The position numbers and the translations under genes were made by a program. Below, in pieces: positions 31,206-40,247 of a stretch of DNA of 64,000 bases. How positions within the stretch are numbered: position 1 is the stretch's first letter; each line of letters begins with the position of its first letter. The notes beneath the pieces are model-generated. The model made no database searches and was not told where the DNA came from. It was given only the letters and a program-made list of their open reading frames with translations. The DNA is from Candidatus Babeliales bacterium (GTDB lineage: Bacteria; Babelota; Babeliae; Babelales; JANWKD01), in assembly GCA_963722255.1 (NCBI GenBank), contig CAVRJO010000002.1, forward strand, positions 232,169 through 296,168. Reading direction: 5' to 3'.

Positions 31206-32672
31206 ATGAAGCAACGTATATCATTCTATTCTCTTATTCTTCTTCTCGTTATTTTTACCATTGACGCAAAATTTTTTAGTCGACAAGAAGAGCATTGGGA
31301 TTGGTCAAAAATTCCATTTCTAGACGTTGAATTCCCTTCAACTTTTTTATGGGGAACCTCAGAATCAGCTATGCAAGCTGAAGGCGATGTTTCAGCGCTC
31401 GGTAAAAGAACTCGAAATTCATGGACTCTCTGGGAATCGCAAGAAATTGTCATAAATGGCATAAAACAACCTCGCGTTCCCCTTGATAAACGTGTTGGTG
31501 ATGCATGTCAACGCTGGACACGTTATAAAGAGGATGTGCAGCTCATTAAAAAACTTGGCATGAATGCACACCGGTTTTCAATTGAATGGAGTAAAATAGA
31601 ACCCGAAAAAGGCGTTTTTGATACTGATGCAATGGATCATTATATCGATTATGCTGAAGAAATGATAAAAAACGGTATTCTACCCATTCCTACACTTTTT
31701 CATCACACTATGCCTGCTTGGCTCATAGATGTTCCAGCACCTCGAATGCCTGGCTTTGAAGATACACAAACTATTCAAGATTTTGTAGCATATGCTTTAT
31801 TTGTTATACAAGCATTTCAAAAAGCCGGTCTTCTTGAAAAAATACCTTTCTGGATCACCATTAATGAACCCCTCGCCATTCCACTATCTGGTTACATTTA
31901 TAATGTATTCCCTCCCGGCAAAAAATTTAAGGTACGTACTGCAGGAATAGTTGCAAAAAATATGCTTGATGCGCACATTGCAACCTATGATGCTTTTAAG
32001 AAAATCGATCCTACCCTTATGGTAGGCTTCACGCATATAATGCAACCAATACAGCCCTATCGTCCCTGGAATCCACTTGATCAAATTCCCGCAACAATTT
32101 TTGATTATCTTGTAAATGATGTTGCACTCGAATATTTCAAAACCGGCTACTTTAACTGGGTTTGGCTTGTAAGGGATTATAATGAAAACGCTATAAATAA
32201 GCTTGATTTCATTGGCATTAACTATTATACCCACACGCTTATTAGTATGTTTAAAGAGCGTGCACGACCTGACGAAAAACTCTCTGAAGCTTATGGCGGA
32301 AAAAAGATCAAGGCTATTTATCCTGAAGGGCTCTATGATTCATTGCAAAAAGTTGCCACACTGGGAGTTCCTATTATAATTACCGAAAATGGCTTTGCTT
32401 ATGATAATGTTGAGCTTCGTGATGAGTATATAAAAAAACATATCTATGTTCTTTATAAAGCAATGCAAGAAGGTATTGATATCCGAGGATATCTCTTTTG
32501 GACCTTAACGGATTGTTTTGGCTGGACCAGCGCGCATCAGAGCACCCATGGTATCTATAAGGTTGATTTTGAAACACAAGAAAGGACATTTAGGCCCAGT
32601 GCTCAATATCTTGTTGATGTTATTGCTCATAAAAGTTCATCCTCAACGTTAACACACCGACTTGGAAGCTAA
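31206..32672 (+). CDS. glycoside hydrolase family 1 (beta-glycosidase), exported, paralog 1
   Basis: Motifs FLWGTSESAMQAEG, HRFSIEWSKIEPEKG, ITINEPLAI (acid/base Glu), GINYYTH, IIITENGFA (nucleophile Glu), WTLTDCFGW. N-terminal hydrophobic leader. Track ORF starts from TTG 31188. Confidence 0.85.
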   Translation: MKQRISFYSLILLLVIFTIDAKFFSRQEEHWDWSKIPFLDVEFPSTFLWGTSESAMQAEGDVSALGKRTRNSWTLWESQEIVINGIKQPRVPLDKRVGDACQRWTRYKEDVQLIKKLGMNAHRFSIEWSKIEPEKGVFDTDAMDHYIDYAEEMIKNGILPIPTLFHHTMPAWLIDVPAPRMPGFEDTQTIQDFVAYALFVIQAFQKAGLLEKIPFWITINEPLAIPLSGYIYNVFPPGKKFKVRTAGIVAKNMLDAHIATYDAFKKIDPTLMVGFTHIMQPIQPYRPWNPLDQIPATIFDYLVNDVALEYFKTGYFNWVWLVRDYNENAINKLDFIGINYYTHTLISMFKERARPDEKLSEAYGGKKIKAIYPEGLYDSLQKVATLGVPIIITENGFAYDNVELRDEYIKKHIYVLYKAMQEGIDIRGYLFWTLTDCFGWTSAHQSTHGIYKVDFETQERTFRPSAQYLVDVIAHKSSSSTLTHRLGS

Positions 32673-32849
32673 AGGTAATAAATAATAGCATAAAATAGGT
32701 AAAACCACAGAATTTAAGACCTACGGAAATTAATCAGTTTTGCTTCATAAACATTATTTACAAATAGGGCTTTTGCTTCTTTATTACTATTACTATATAC
32801 TAAAAGGAAAATAGTAGTTTTAATAACCTTATACAGAGGCAACCTTTCT

Positions 32850-34481
32850 ATGAAGAAAATTTTACTTATACTAAGTTCAATCATATGTACCTCCTTACAT
32901 GCTTTTGGAGTGCATAGTCTTGTAGATCAAATAGGTACAACAATAAAAGATCATCCTTACGCAACAGCAGCATTTGTGGGCTCAACAATAGCCCTTGGAA
33001 GCCCCTGCTTCTATTTTCGTAACCATACTCTTGAAGAGCGATGGGATTGGGATTCTATCGATACAAGCAAAGTAAAATTTCCTCAAAATTTTGTGTGGGG
33101 TACCGCAGATTCAGCCTTCCAAACCGAGGGAATTGAAACAGCCAACAATAAAACTATACAAAACACCTGGACAGCTTGGGAAGAAAAGCTTGTTTCTGAA
33201 AAATACTCACTCTTTACCCCGACTGGGGTCCTTAAAAAATTAGGAATACTTAATGTTGAAAAACAGCCACGAACCCCGGTAGAAGACCGAGCAGGGTACG
33301 CCTGTCATCGCTGGACTCACTATAAAGAAGATGTCAAATTACTCAAAAAAATTGGCGTAAAAATTCACCGCTACTCTATTGAATGGGCTAAAATTGAGCC
33401 TGAAGAAGGTATTTATGATCCTGATGCACTTCAGCATTATATAGACTTCACTTGGGAATTAATCAACAATGGCATTATACCCTGCCCTAACCTTTTCCAT
33501 CATACCTTGCCGTTATGGTATGCAACCAAGGGAGGATTTGAAAAGTCTGAAAATATCGAAAAGTTTGTTGAATACGCCGTCTTTATTTTCACAGCATTCC
33601 AAAAAGACGGATTACTTGAAAAAACAAAAATATGGTTTGCCTTTAATGAAGCCATTGGGGTTGCTTTAGCTGGTTATGTTGATGGCAAAATACCTCCTGG
33701 AAAAAAAATGCAACTAATACTAGCTGGTACTGTTGCCAAGAATATGCTTGATGCTCATATCAGGATTTATGATGAATTTAATAAAATTGATAATTCAATC
33801 AAACTTGGCTTCATTCACGTTATGATGCCCATAACAGCCTACAACCCGCACAACCCAGTTCATCAACTCTTTGCACAAACCTTTAATCATCTTGTTAATG
33901 ATGTTGCTCTTGAGTATTTCAAATCAGGGACATTCAACTGGCTCAATCTTGTTAAAGATAACAATCCAAATGCTCTTAACAAGATAGATTTCATTGGTGT
34001 AAACTATTATTCTCACTTACTTCTCTCATTAACGGGCCCAGCAATCAGGCCTGATGAAGTGTGTGCTGATGGATATCCTGGAGCAAAACGAACAAAACCA
34101 ATATATGCTGAAGGATTATATCAAACTTTAAAACATGCTGCTTCATACGGATTCCCGCTGGTTATTACAGAAATTGGTTTTGCAGCAAAGCTTGAAAGCG
34201 TTGATCTAAGAACTGAATATTTCAAAAAACATTTTTATGCAATGCACAAGGCAATGCAAGAAGGTGTTGATTTGAGAGGTTGTTTCATTTGGACTGCTTT
34301 TGATTGCTTCGGATGGAATTCAGGACAACATAGTACTCATGGTATTTATGCAGTAGATCATAAAACGCAGGAAAGAACATTAAAGAAAAATGCTTGGTAT
34401 ATTGTTGAAATGTTTAATAAGCCGTTTTCAGAAAAACAAATTGAGCCTCTTGAAGCTATAAAGAAACAAACTACCATTTAG
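32850..34481 (+). CDS. glycoside hydrolase family 1, exported, paralog 2 (variant active-site motifs)
   Basis: Motifs FVWGTADSAFQTEG, HRYSIEWAKIEPEEG, FAFNEAIGV, GVNYYSH, LVITEIGFA, WTAFDCFGW. Leader MKKILLILSSIICTSLHA. Confidence 0.8.
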   Translation: MKKILLILSSIICTSLHAFGVHSLVDQIGTTIKDHPYATAAFVGSTIALGSPCFYFRNHTLEERWDWDSIDTSKVKFPQNFVWGTADSAFQTEGIETANNKTIQNTWTAWEEKLVSEKYSLFTPTGVLKKLGILNVEKQPRTPVEDRAGYACHRWTHYKEDVKLLKKIGVKIHRYSIEWAKIEPEEGIYDPDALQHYIDFTWELINNGIIPCPNLFHHTLPLWYATKGGFEKSENIEKFVEYAVFIFTAFQKDGLLEKTKIWFAFNEAIGVALAGYVDGKIPPGKKMQLILAGTVAKNMLDAHIRIYDEFNKIDNSIKLGFIHVMMPITAYNPHNPVHQLFAQTFNHLVNDVALEYFKSGTFNWLNLVKDNNPNALNKIDFIGVNYYSHLLLSLTGPAIRPDEVCADGYPGAKRTKPIYAEGLYQTLKHAASYGFPLVITEIGFAAKLESVDLRTEYFKKHFYAMHKAMQEGVDLRGCFIWTAFDCFGWNSGQHSTHGIYAVDHKTQERTLKKNAWYIVEMFNKPFSEKQIEPLEAIKKQTTI

Positions 34482-34494
34482 AAATAGGATATTT

Positions 34495-36159
34495 ATGAAA
34501 ATTATGAAACTAGTAGTAGCGCTTATTGCGCTCATTCCCTTATACACAGAGCCAATGCAAAGCGAAAAGCTTATTTCCTTTGCAAAAATTTTACCATCGC
34601 AAGCAAAACAGCTTGCCTGCATGTATCCTAAAACAACTGCTGCCCTCTTGGCAACCACCGCTTTAGGTACTACCTGGTATTATGCAAATGGCTACGAAAG
34701 GCGTGAAGATTGGGACAATCAAGAATTGGATATGACTAAATTCCCTAAGGAAACCACTTGGGGAACCGCCAACTCAGACCTTCAATTATGTGGTGTTCAA
34801 ACAGTAAAGGGCAAAAAGGTAAAAAATAGTTGGACAAAATGGCAAAAAGAATTGATTACACCAAAAGACAATCGTCCTTGGTGGCAGAAATTTTTCTATG
34901 AAAATCCAAACAGTACAAAAGTTCCTCGTATCCCTAAAAAACAAAGGATGGGAACCGCAACAGGCCACTGGGATAACTATCAAGAAGATTTTAAATTGTT
35001 AAAAGAAGCGGGAATTGAAACATTTCGAACATCAATTGAATGGAGCAAAATTCAACCAGATTCTCATAATGAGTATGATACTAAGGCAATGAAATATTAT
35101 AATGACTATCATAAAGTATCAACTGAAGCATTTAAAGAAGTTACCATCAATGGATTCCATCATGCTTGGCCCGATTGGTTTGATGAGCTCGGCGCTTTTG
35201 AAAAAAAGGAAAATATTAAATATTATGTCGACTATTATCTTTGGATGGTTGATCAATTGGCTCAAGAAGGCAATCTTAACGAAATTAAGCGATTTTTAAC
35301 CTTCAATGAACCTGCAGGTTATGTACTCGCTGCGTATGTTTATGGCAAATATCCTCCTGGCGAAAAAATGCAGCTCAAAAAAGCTGGAATTGTCTTAAAA
35401 AACATGCTTGATGCCCACGTTGAAATTTATCATAAACTTAAAGAAAAATATCAAGAACTACAGATAAGCATTGCTCATATGATGCAGCCATTACAACCTT
35501 ACAATCCTTGGAATCCTCTCGATGTATTAACAGCGAAGCTATTTAATCATTTATTAAATAATGTCACCTTAGAATATCTTTCTACCGGTAAATTTAAATG
35601 GTTATGGTACATAAATGAAACAAATGAGAAAGCTAAAGGAACTTTAGATTTTGTAGGTGTTAATTATTACACCCATACACTCCTAAACTGGTTTAAGCCA
35701 AAAGTTCGCCCTACTGAGATTAGTTCTGATGCTTATGAAGGTGAAGAAGGAAAAGCACTCTATGCAGAGGGTTTCTATGATTCCCTTAAAACGGTTCATC
35801 GTTACTTTCCAGACAAGCCTATCATGATTACAGAATTAGGTTTTGCCTCAGAGAATAATGAAAAACGAACTGAAGCTTTCAAAAGATTTTTCCTTGTTCT
35901 ACAAAGAGCAATACATAAAGATAACATGAAAATTCTTGGCGTTGAAATCTGGGAATCATTTGCCGGTTATGGCTGGAACCAAGGGAATGGTGGCAAACAT
36001 GCTCTTTTTGATGTCGATTATACTCAAGAAGATAAACCACGAAAACTCAAACCAAGTTCCGAGGGTGTTTTAAATCTAATTGCTCAACATAAAAATTCTC
36101 GTAATGATCAACAGCAAAAAGAAACTGATACCTCAATAAACCTGGAAATAAAAACATGA
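34495..36159 (+). CDS. glycoside hydrolase family 1, exported, paralog 3 (most divergent)
   Basis: Motifs TTWGTANSDLQLCG, FRTSIEWSKIQPDS, LTFNEPAGY, GVNYYTH, IMITELGFA, WESFAGYGW. Starts 13 nt after paralog 2. Confidence 0.75.
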   Translation: MKIMKLVVALIALIPLYTEPMQSEKLISFAKILPSQAKQLACMYPKTTAALLATTALGTTWYYANGYERREDWDNQELDMTKFPKETTWGTANSDLQLCGVQTVKGKKVKNSWTKWQKELITPKDNRPWWQKFFYENPNSTKVPRIPKKQRMGTATGHWDNYQEDFKLLKEAGIETFRTSIEWSKIQPDSHNEYDTKAMKYYNDYHKVSTEAFKEVTINGFHHAWPDWFDELGAFEKKENIKYYVDYYLWMVDQLAQEGNLNEIKRFLTFNEPAGYVLAAYVYGKYPPGEKMQLKKAGIVLKNMLDAHVEIYHKLKEKYQELQISIAHMMQPLQPYNPWNPLDVLTAKLFNHLLNNVTLEYLSTGKFKWLWYINETNEKAKGTLDFVGVNYYTHTLLNWFKPKVRPTEISSDAYEGEEGKALYAEGFYDSLKTVHRYFPDKPIMITELGFASENNEKRTEAFKRFFLVLQRAIHKDNMKILGVEIWESFAGYGWNQGNGGKHALFDVDYTQEDKPRKLKPSSEGVLNLIAQHKNSRNDQQQKETDTSINLEIKT

Positions 36160-36710
36160 AAATAATCAATACAAATTATTTCACTTCGTTGCTTGGCTTA
36201 TTATTTGGCATAAGCCTTCTAATGCCAATATCAGCATTTGAACGCAAAGCAGGCTATTGGAATGGTCCTTCTGATGAAAACAACACCAGCTTTTTTGGTA
36301 CATTAACTAACCCTAAAAGCCAACGGGAAGATTGGTATAAGGTTACTCCCTATATTGCCGAATTTTGGTGTACCATTTCAAACATTGGATTTATAGCTGC
36401 CGGGATCCACTGCAAATCTCCTGAACTTTTATTTGCAGGAGCTGCTTCGATTGTAAGTCATAGTATTCCTAAACAATGGCTTCTCTATGTTGATAAAATC
36501 GGTGTACTCATTGTTCTTTCCAAAGTTATTAGAGAACATAAGACGTTGACCAATAATCCTTGGCTTCTAATTCCAGTGGGTATTGCTGGCGCCATCAATG
36601 TAACAGATGCATATCTTGCACGAAATAAAGGGTTAACATGGCCTCATGTGGTTTGGCATTTATCTTCGGCATTATTAGCCTATGATTTTTTACGACGCAC
36701 ACAACAATAA
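36156..36710 (+). CDS. short alkaline ceramidase (ACER/YPC)-like membrane protein
   Basis: 184-aa ORF. GYWNGPSD...DWYKVTPYIAEFWCTISNIGFIAAG and C-terminal PHVVWHLSSALLAY resemble, from memory, human ACER3 GYWGP...YIAEFWNTVSNL and FHAWWHIL (HxxxH). Several hydrophobic helices. ATGA overlap with GH1 paralog 3. Confidence 0.6.
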   Translation: MKIINTNYFTSLLGLLFGISLLMPISAFERKAGYWNGPSDENNTSFFGTLTNPKSQREDWYKVTPYIAEFWCTISNIGFIAAGIHCKSPELLFAGAASIVSHSIPKQWLLYVDKIGVLIVLSKVIREHKTLTNNPWLLIPVGIAGAINVTDAYLARNKGLTWPHVVWHLSSALLAYDFLRRTQQ

Positions 36711-36769
36711 TTTACGTGAATTCGACGTAAGCAAAAACTAAAAAAAGAATATTATTCAATAACGGAAAT

Positions 36770-36884
36770 GTCACCCAGAGGGCCTTCATGCAATGAAGCC
36801 CGTGGGGTCCAGCTATAAAAAAAGGTCAAAATAATAAATCTATAAACTGGATTCCACGGATTTCGATGAAATCCTCTGAATGAC
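36770..36884. repeat. GC-rich MITE-like element with imperfect 12-bp terminal inverted repeats
   Basis: GTCACCCAGAGG (36770..36781) versus the reverse complement of CCTCTGAATGAC (36873..36884), 10/12 matches. Internal hairpins GGGCCTTCAT-GCAA-TGAAGCCC and GGATTTC-GATG-AAATCC. Ends are related to the element at 46700..46878. Confidence 0.5.
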
Positions 36885-37114
36885 AATTGTCAATGTATAA
36901 AAAGCTTCCGGTAGCTACACGTGGTCCCGAAAACTTAATGCTGTAAGCATTAATGTTGAAGTGGGCCATATTGGAGCGGGAGAGCAATCCAACAGCATGT
37001 TGGTGTCCTTGTAGTTAAGGTATATTGGACACACAATATACCTTTAATAAAAAAATTTTAGACAAGTAAAATACTGTTAAATAAAATTCTTTTTTTGTAG
37101 TTAAGGAAAGATCT

Positions 37115-37148
37115 AAAAGAAAACGCCCTAATATGGACGTTTTCTTTT
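37115..37148 (-). terminator. hairpin terminator candidate for the rplS-lipoprotein transcript
   Basis: AAAAGAAAACG (37115..37125) pairs with CGTTTTCTTTT (37138..37148) around a 12-nt loop. It overlaps the stop codon of 37147..37551. Confidence 0.45.
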
Positions 37149-37551
37149 AATCATAGTTTTTCTGGCCAATAAAAATAATCACTCGAGAGATTTTTTTCAA
37201 AGGCCGAATAGAAATTGAGCAATACTTATTTGGCTTTTCAAAATTTAAAAGCGTTTCTGAACCCTTAAAGGCAGCAGTTTGCCACCAACCAAGACGCTCC
37301 ATCTCTTCTTGATAATAAATCGCAATAGATTCATGAGAGACTTCAGCTTCATATGAAATAATGCTGCTTTCATCAACACATGCTGTATTATTTATATTTT
37401 GCACCAATTGAGCGTTCAAAAGCACAGGCACATCATATAACCTCGCTTCAAGATGCTTACTTTTCCAGCGTTTTGCAACAAGATCTTTATCTTTCTTGCA
37501 TGAACTCAGAATAAGTATCATTACGCAAAGGGACAGAAATCGAATTTTCAT
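37147..37551 (-). CDS. putative lipoprotein
   Basis: 134-aa ORF. MKIRFLSLCVMILILSSCKKD (lipobox-like LSSC). Confidence 0.6.
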   Translation of the reverse strand: MKIRFLSLCVMILILSSCKKDKDLVAKRWKSKHLEARLYDVPVLLNAQLVQNINNTACVDESSIISYEAEVSHESIAIYYQEEMERLGWWQTAAFKGSETLLNFEKPNKYCSISIRPLKKISRVIIFIGQKNYD

Positions 37552-37555
37552 CTAG

Positions 37556-37936
37556 TTAAGCAGCTTGAATACCGGTTAGAACCTTAGGTTTAACACGGGC
37601 AGCTTTACCAACTCGGCCTCTCATATAATAGAGCTTTGCTCTTCTAATTTTACCGGATCTTACAAACTTAATAGAATCAATAAGCGGTGAGAAATAAGGG
37701 AAAATCTTTTCAATAGCAACGGTATTTGAACCAATTCTACGAACCATAAAGGTCGTTGAAATACCATTATTATTGAAAGCAATAACATCGCCTTCAAAAT
37801 CTTGGATACGTTCTTTATCGCCTTCTTTAATTTTTTGGGAGACTATGACGGTATCTCCAATCGTAAACTTCGGAAAGTTACGATCTGTCATACCGATATT
37901 TTTAATGGTTTCTTTTGTATATTTTTTAGCCTTCAT
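37556..37936 (-). CDS. rplS: 50S ribosomal protein L19
   Basis: 126-aa ORF ...FPKFTIGDTVIVSQKIKEGDKERIQDFEGDVIAFNNNGISTTFMVRRI...AIEKIFPYFSPLIDSIKFVRSGKIRRAKLYYMR. Confidence 0.9.
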   Translation of the reverse strand: MKAKKYTKETIKNIGMTDRNFPKFTIGDTVIVSQKIKEGDKERIQDFEGDVIAFNNNGISTTFMVRRIGSNTVAIEKIFPYFSPLIDSIKFVRSGKIRRAKLYYMRGRVGKAARVKPKVLTGIQAA

Positions 37937-38090
37937 GAAGCTTTTTCCTCGAGTGAATAGTTTACCTTACTAGTAACAATTAATTTGTATATATACAGTA
38001 TATGCAAAAACTTTACTTCTGCCAATAACTGTCGCGATAATTTTTAATCACCAACAAAACCACTCATTTTGTATATTTTCAGCTTGTAAT

Positions 38091-40061
38091 TTAAACCTGG
38101 GTCCATTCCTGTTCTTCATTGCTCCATTCTTCATTTTTTCGAGCTTCCTCCTCATATTCCTTAACCTTTGCCATCAACTGTCTATCAAAAGAATTAGAAC
38201 CTGTACCTTCCGCAATTGGTTGCACCCTACCAATCTGCGGCTTCAAAAGAAGCAATGCTGCAAGAGCATCTACATGATCTTGATTAGGAATAAGCGCTTG
38301 CGTTTTAATATCTAAAAGAAACTGCTCTAAGGCTGTTTTATAGTTCTTGTTTTTTGCATTAACTCTTACTCGTTGATTATTACCAAGGAGGTTAATTGCT
38401 TCAACATTTCCATGCTTTAAAGCATAATAAAACAAGGAATTCTCTGGTTCATCAACTGCATTCCAATTGCACTCTTCCTGTAAAAGCAGTTCTAATTTTT
38501 GATTATCGCGCTTTTCTAAAAGCTTGATCGGAGAAATTTTAGAACGAAGCGCTCCCTTTGCTCTTAATACATCAATTGCTGCTTTACAATTATAACTATA
38601 CGCATAATCCAACAATGAATTACCCAGTTCATCAGCACAGCGAAGCGAAAAATTCATTTTTTCAAACTTTTTAATCAATTTCTCAATTTGATCTGGCATT
38701 TCTCTCGATAACGCCTGCAAATAACTCTTCCGTAACATTTCTAATCTCGGATTTTTTAAGCGATATTTATATGATGGAACGCCATTAAAAGTTTCATTAA
38801 AATATACTCGGGTAGAATTAAAGAGTTCTTTATATTTTTCTTTTTCATCCCTATTATATTGAGTACCAAAAATTAAACTTGTTATCTTTTCATTATAACA
38901 AGGTGCAATATTAAGGCCTTTCATAGTACCAAAATTTTCATATATAATATTGCGAACAATCTGCGCATGCTCCTTTCCTGTAGCTGGATACAAGGCGATT
39001 ATTGGTACAATGCCGTCGCAACTACGTTCTTGCAATTGCTGTGCAATCTCTTTTGATGATAACGAAAAATCTACATCCGTATAAACTTTGAAGAGGCTTA
39101 GAGACTCCCGAAATTGTTTATTATTTTTTACAAGATTTATTAATGAATAAATTAAAAATATATAATCTTCTAAAGATTTTGGCATTAAATGTTCTTTATA
39201 ATTTCCACTTACCCGGCTCACAAGTTCTAAGTCAATTCTTCTATTAATCTTATTATTCACCAAGTTTTTTAAATCACCTTCGCGATCATCTCGTATGCCC
39301 TCAAAAAGTTTTGTTTGACGAGTTGAATCATTACCAAATATAAGATAATGTTTATAATATAAAACAGTTATTCCATAGTGAGAAAATTCCAGATCTTTTT
39401 TTATATTTTTAACAATCTGTGCAAGAGGCTGAACCAGCCTTCCTTTTATACATGAACCAAAATCATCAATAACATCTTCTTTGAGTTGATGCAATGGCGC
39501 AGAAATAGTTCCTACTGTGCTCATTGTATTTGGTATATTGCCCAACATAGAATCTATACCTTCAGGTAGAGGTAGATAATTCTCAATGGGCTCTATTGAT
39601 GCTCTTATTAATTGCGATTCAACACCCAAGGCGGGAATTATGCTTTCCTCAATAGATACTTGCTGCGGCTCAATGCATAATGCACTGTGATATTGCTTTG
39701 GAGCATTAAAGGCAAATGGTACATTATGATCAATATCCTTCTTTGTATGCCTCAACCAGAAAAAATTCGAACTCTTAAACCATGACCAACGCTTAAACAG
39801 ATCATTTGTAAAAGTAAGAGTGTATCTTTTTGGCACTTCCTCTTGCTTTTTGGATTGATCCCCCGATGTATACCAGTTTTTTATGGCAACCATAGAATAA
39901 ATGGCATAGTGTGCTACAAAACTGTTTTTGATCCTATCGCGATAAGGTTGAGTCAAACCTGGAATAATAGAAAAAGTCGTTTTAGTCGCAAAAAGTAACC
40001 CTGCAATGAGGATACCACAATACAAGCGATATTTTTTACTATAATGGTAATTTATTTTCAT
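38091..40061 (-). CDS. large hypothetical protein with C-terminal ankyrin repeats
   Basis: 656-aa ORF. N-terminal TM/leader and about 450 aa without recognised motifs. C-terminal ANK-like units (GNSLLDYAYSYNCKAAIDVLRAKGA; ENSLFYYALKHGNVEAINLLGNN...VNAKNKNYKTALEQ). Confidence 0.65.
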   Translation of the reverse strand: MKINYHYSKKYRLYCGILIAGLLFATKTTFSIIPGLTQPYRDRIKNSFVAHYAIYSMVAIKNWYTSGDQSKKQEEVPKRYTLTFTNDLFKRWSWFKSSNFFWLRHTKKDIDHNVPFAFNAPKQYHSALCIEPQQVSIEESIIPALGVESQLIRASIEPIENYLPLPEGIDSMLGNIPNTMSTVGTISAPLHQLKEDVIDDFGSCIKGRLVQPLAQIVKNIKKDLEFSHYGITVLYYKHYLIFGNDSTRQTKLFEGIRDDREGDLKNLVNNKINRRIDLELVSRVSGNYKEHLMPKSLEDYIFLIYSLINLVKNNKQFRESLSLFKVYTDVDFSLSSKEIAQQLQERSCDGIVPIIALYPATGKEHAQIVRNIIYENFGTMKGLNIAPCYNEKITSLIFGTQYNRDEKEKYKELFNSTRVYFNETFNGVPSYKYRLKNPRLEMLRKSYLQALSREMPDQIEKLIKKFEKMNFSLRCADELGNSLLDYAYSYNCKAAIDVLRAKGALRSKISPIKLLEKRDNQKLELLLQEECNWNAVDEPENSLFYYALKHGNVEAINLLGNNQRVRVNAKNKNYKTALEQFLLDIKTQALIPNQDHVDALAALLLLKPQIGRVQPIAEGTGSNSFDRQLMAKVKEYEEEARKNEEWSNEEQEWTQV

Positions 40062-40247
40062 ATTTTAGCTTACTTCTATAGCTTTTTTTCAAGACTATTC
40101 TATACAACACTACCATAAATTCTGCAAAGAGGAAAATAAATGGAACTTCTTCAAAAAATACTATACGCTATTCCCGCTTGTTTTATTGATTAATTCACAT
40201 TAAAACGGTGTTTATCAATAATTTAATAGTTTTTGAAACCCTAAGCT

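Noticed and set aside
31206-36159. Reading the three GH1 genes as a cytoplasmic phospho-beta-glucosidase/PTS sugar utilisation locus
   Set aside because: No PTS, transporter or kinase gene is adjacent. All three proteins have N-terminal hydrophobic leaders, and the glycone-binding motif differs from both the beta-glucosidase and 6-phospho types.
36895-37060. SRP RNA, tmRNA, RNase P, 6S RNA or tRNA in the structured intergenic block
   Set aside because: None of the conserved signatures I know is present: SRP GGAA-tetraloop/AGCA motif, tmRNA tRNA-like end, RNase P GGAAAGUCCGG core, or tRNA T-arm. It is kept only as an unclassified sRNA candidate.
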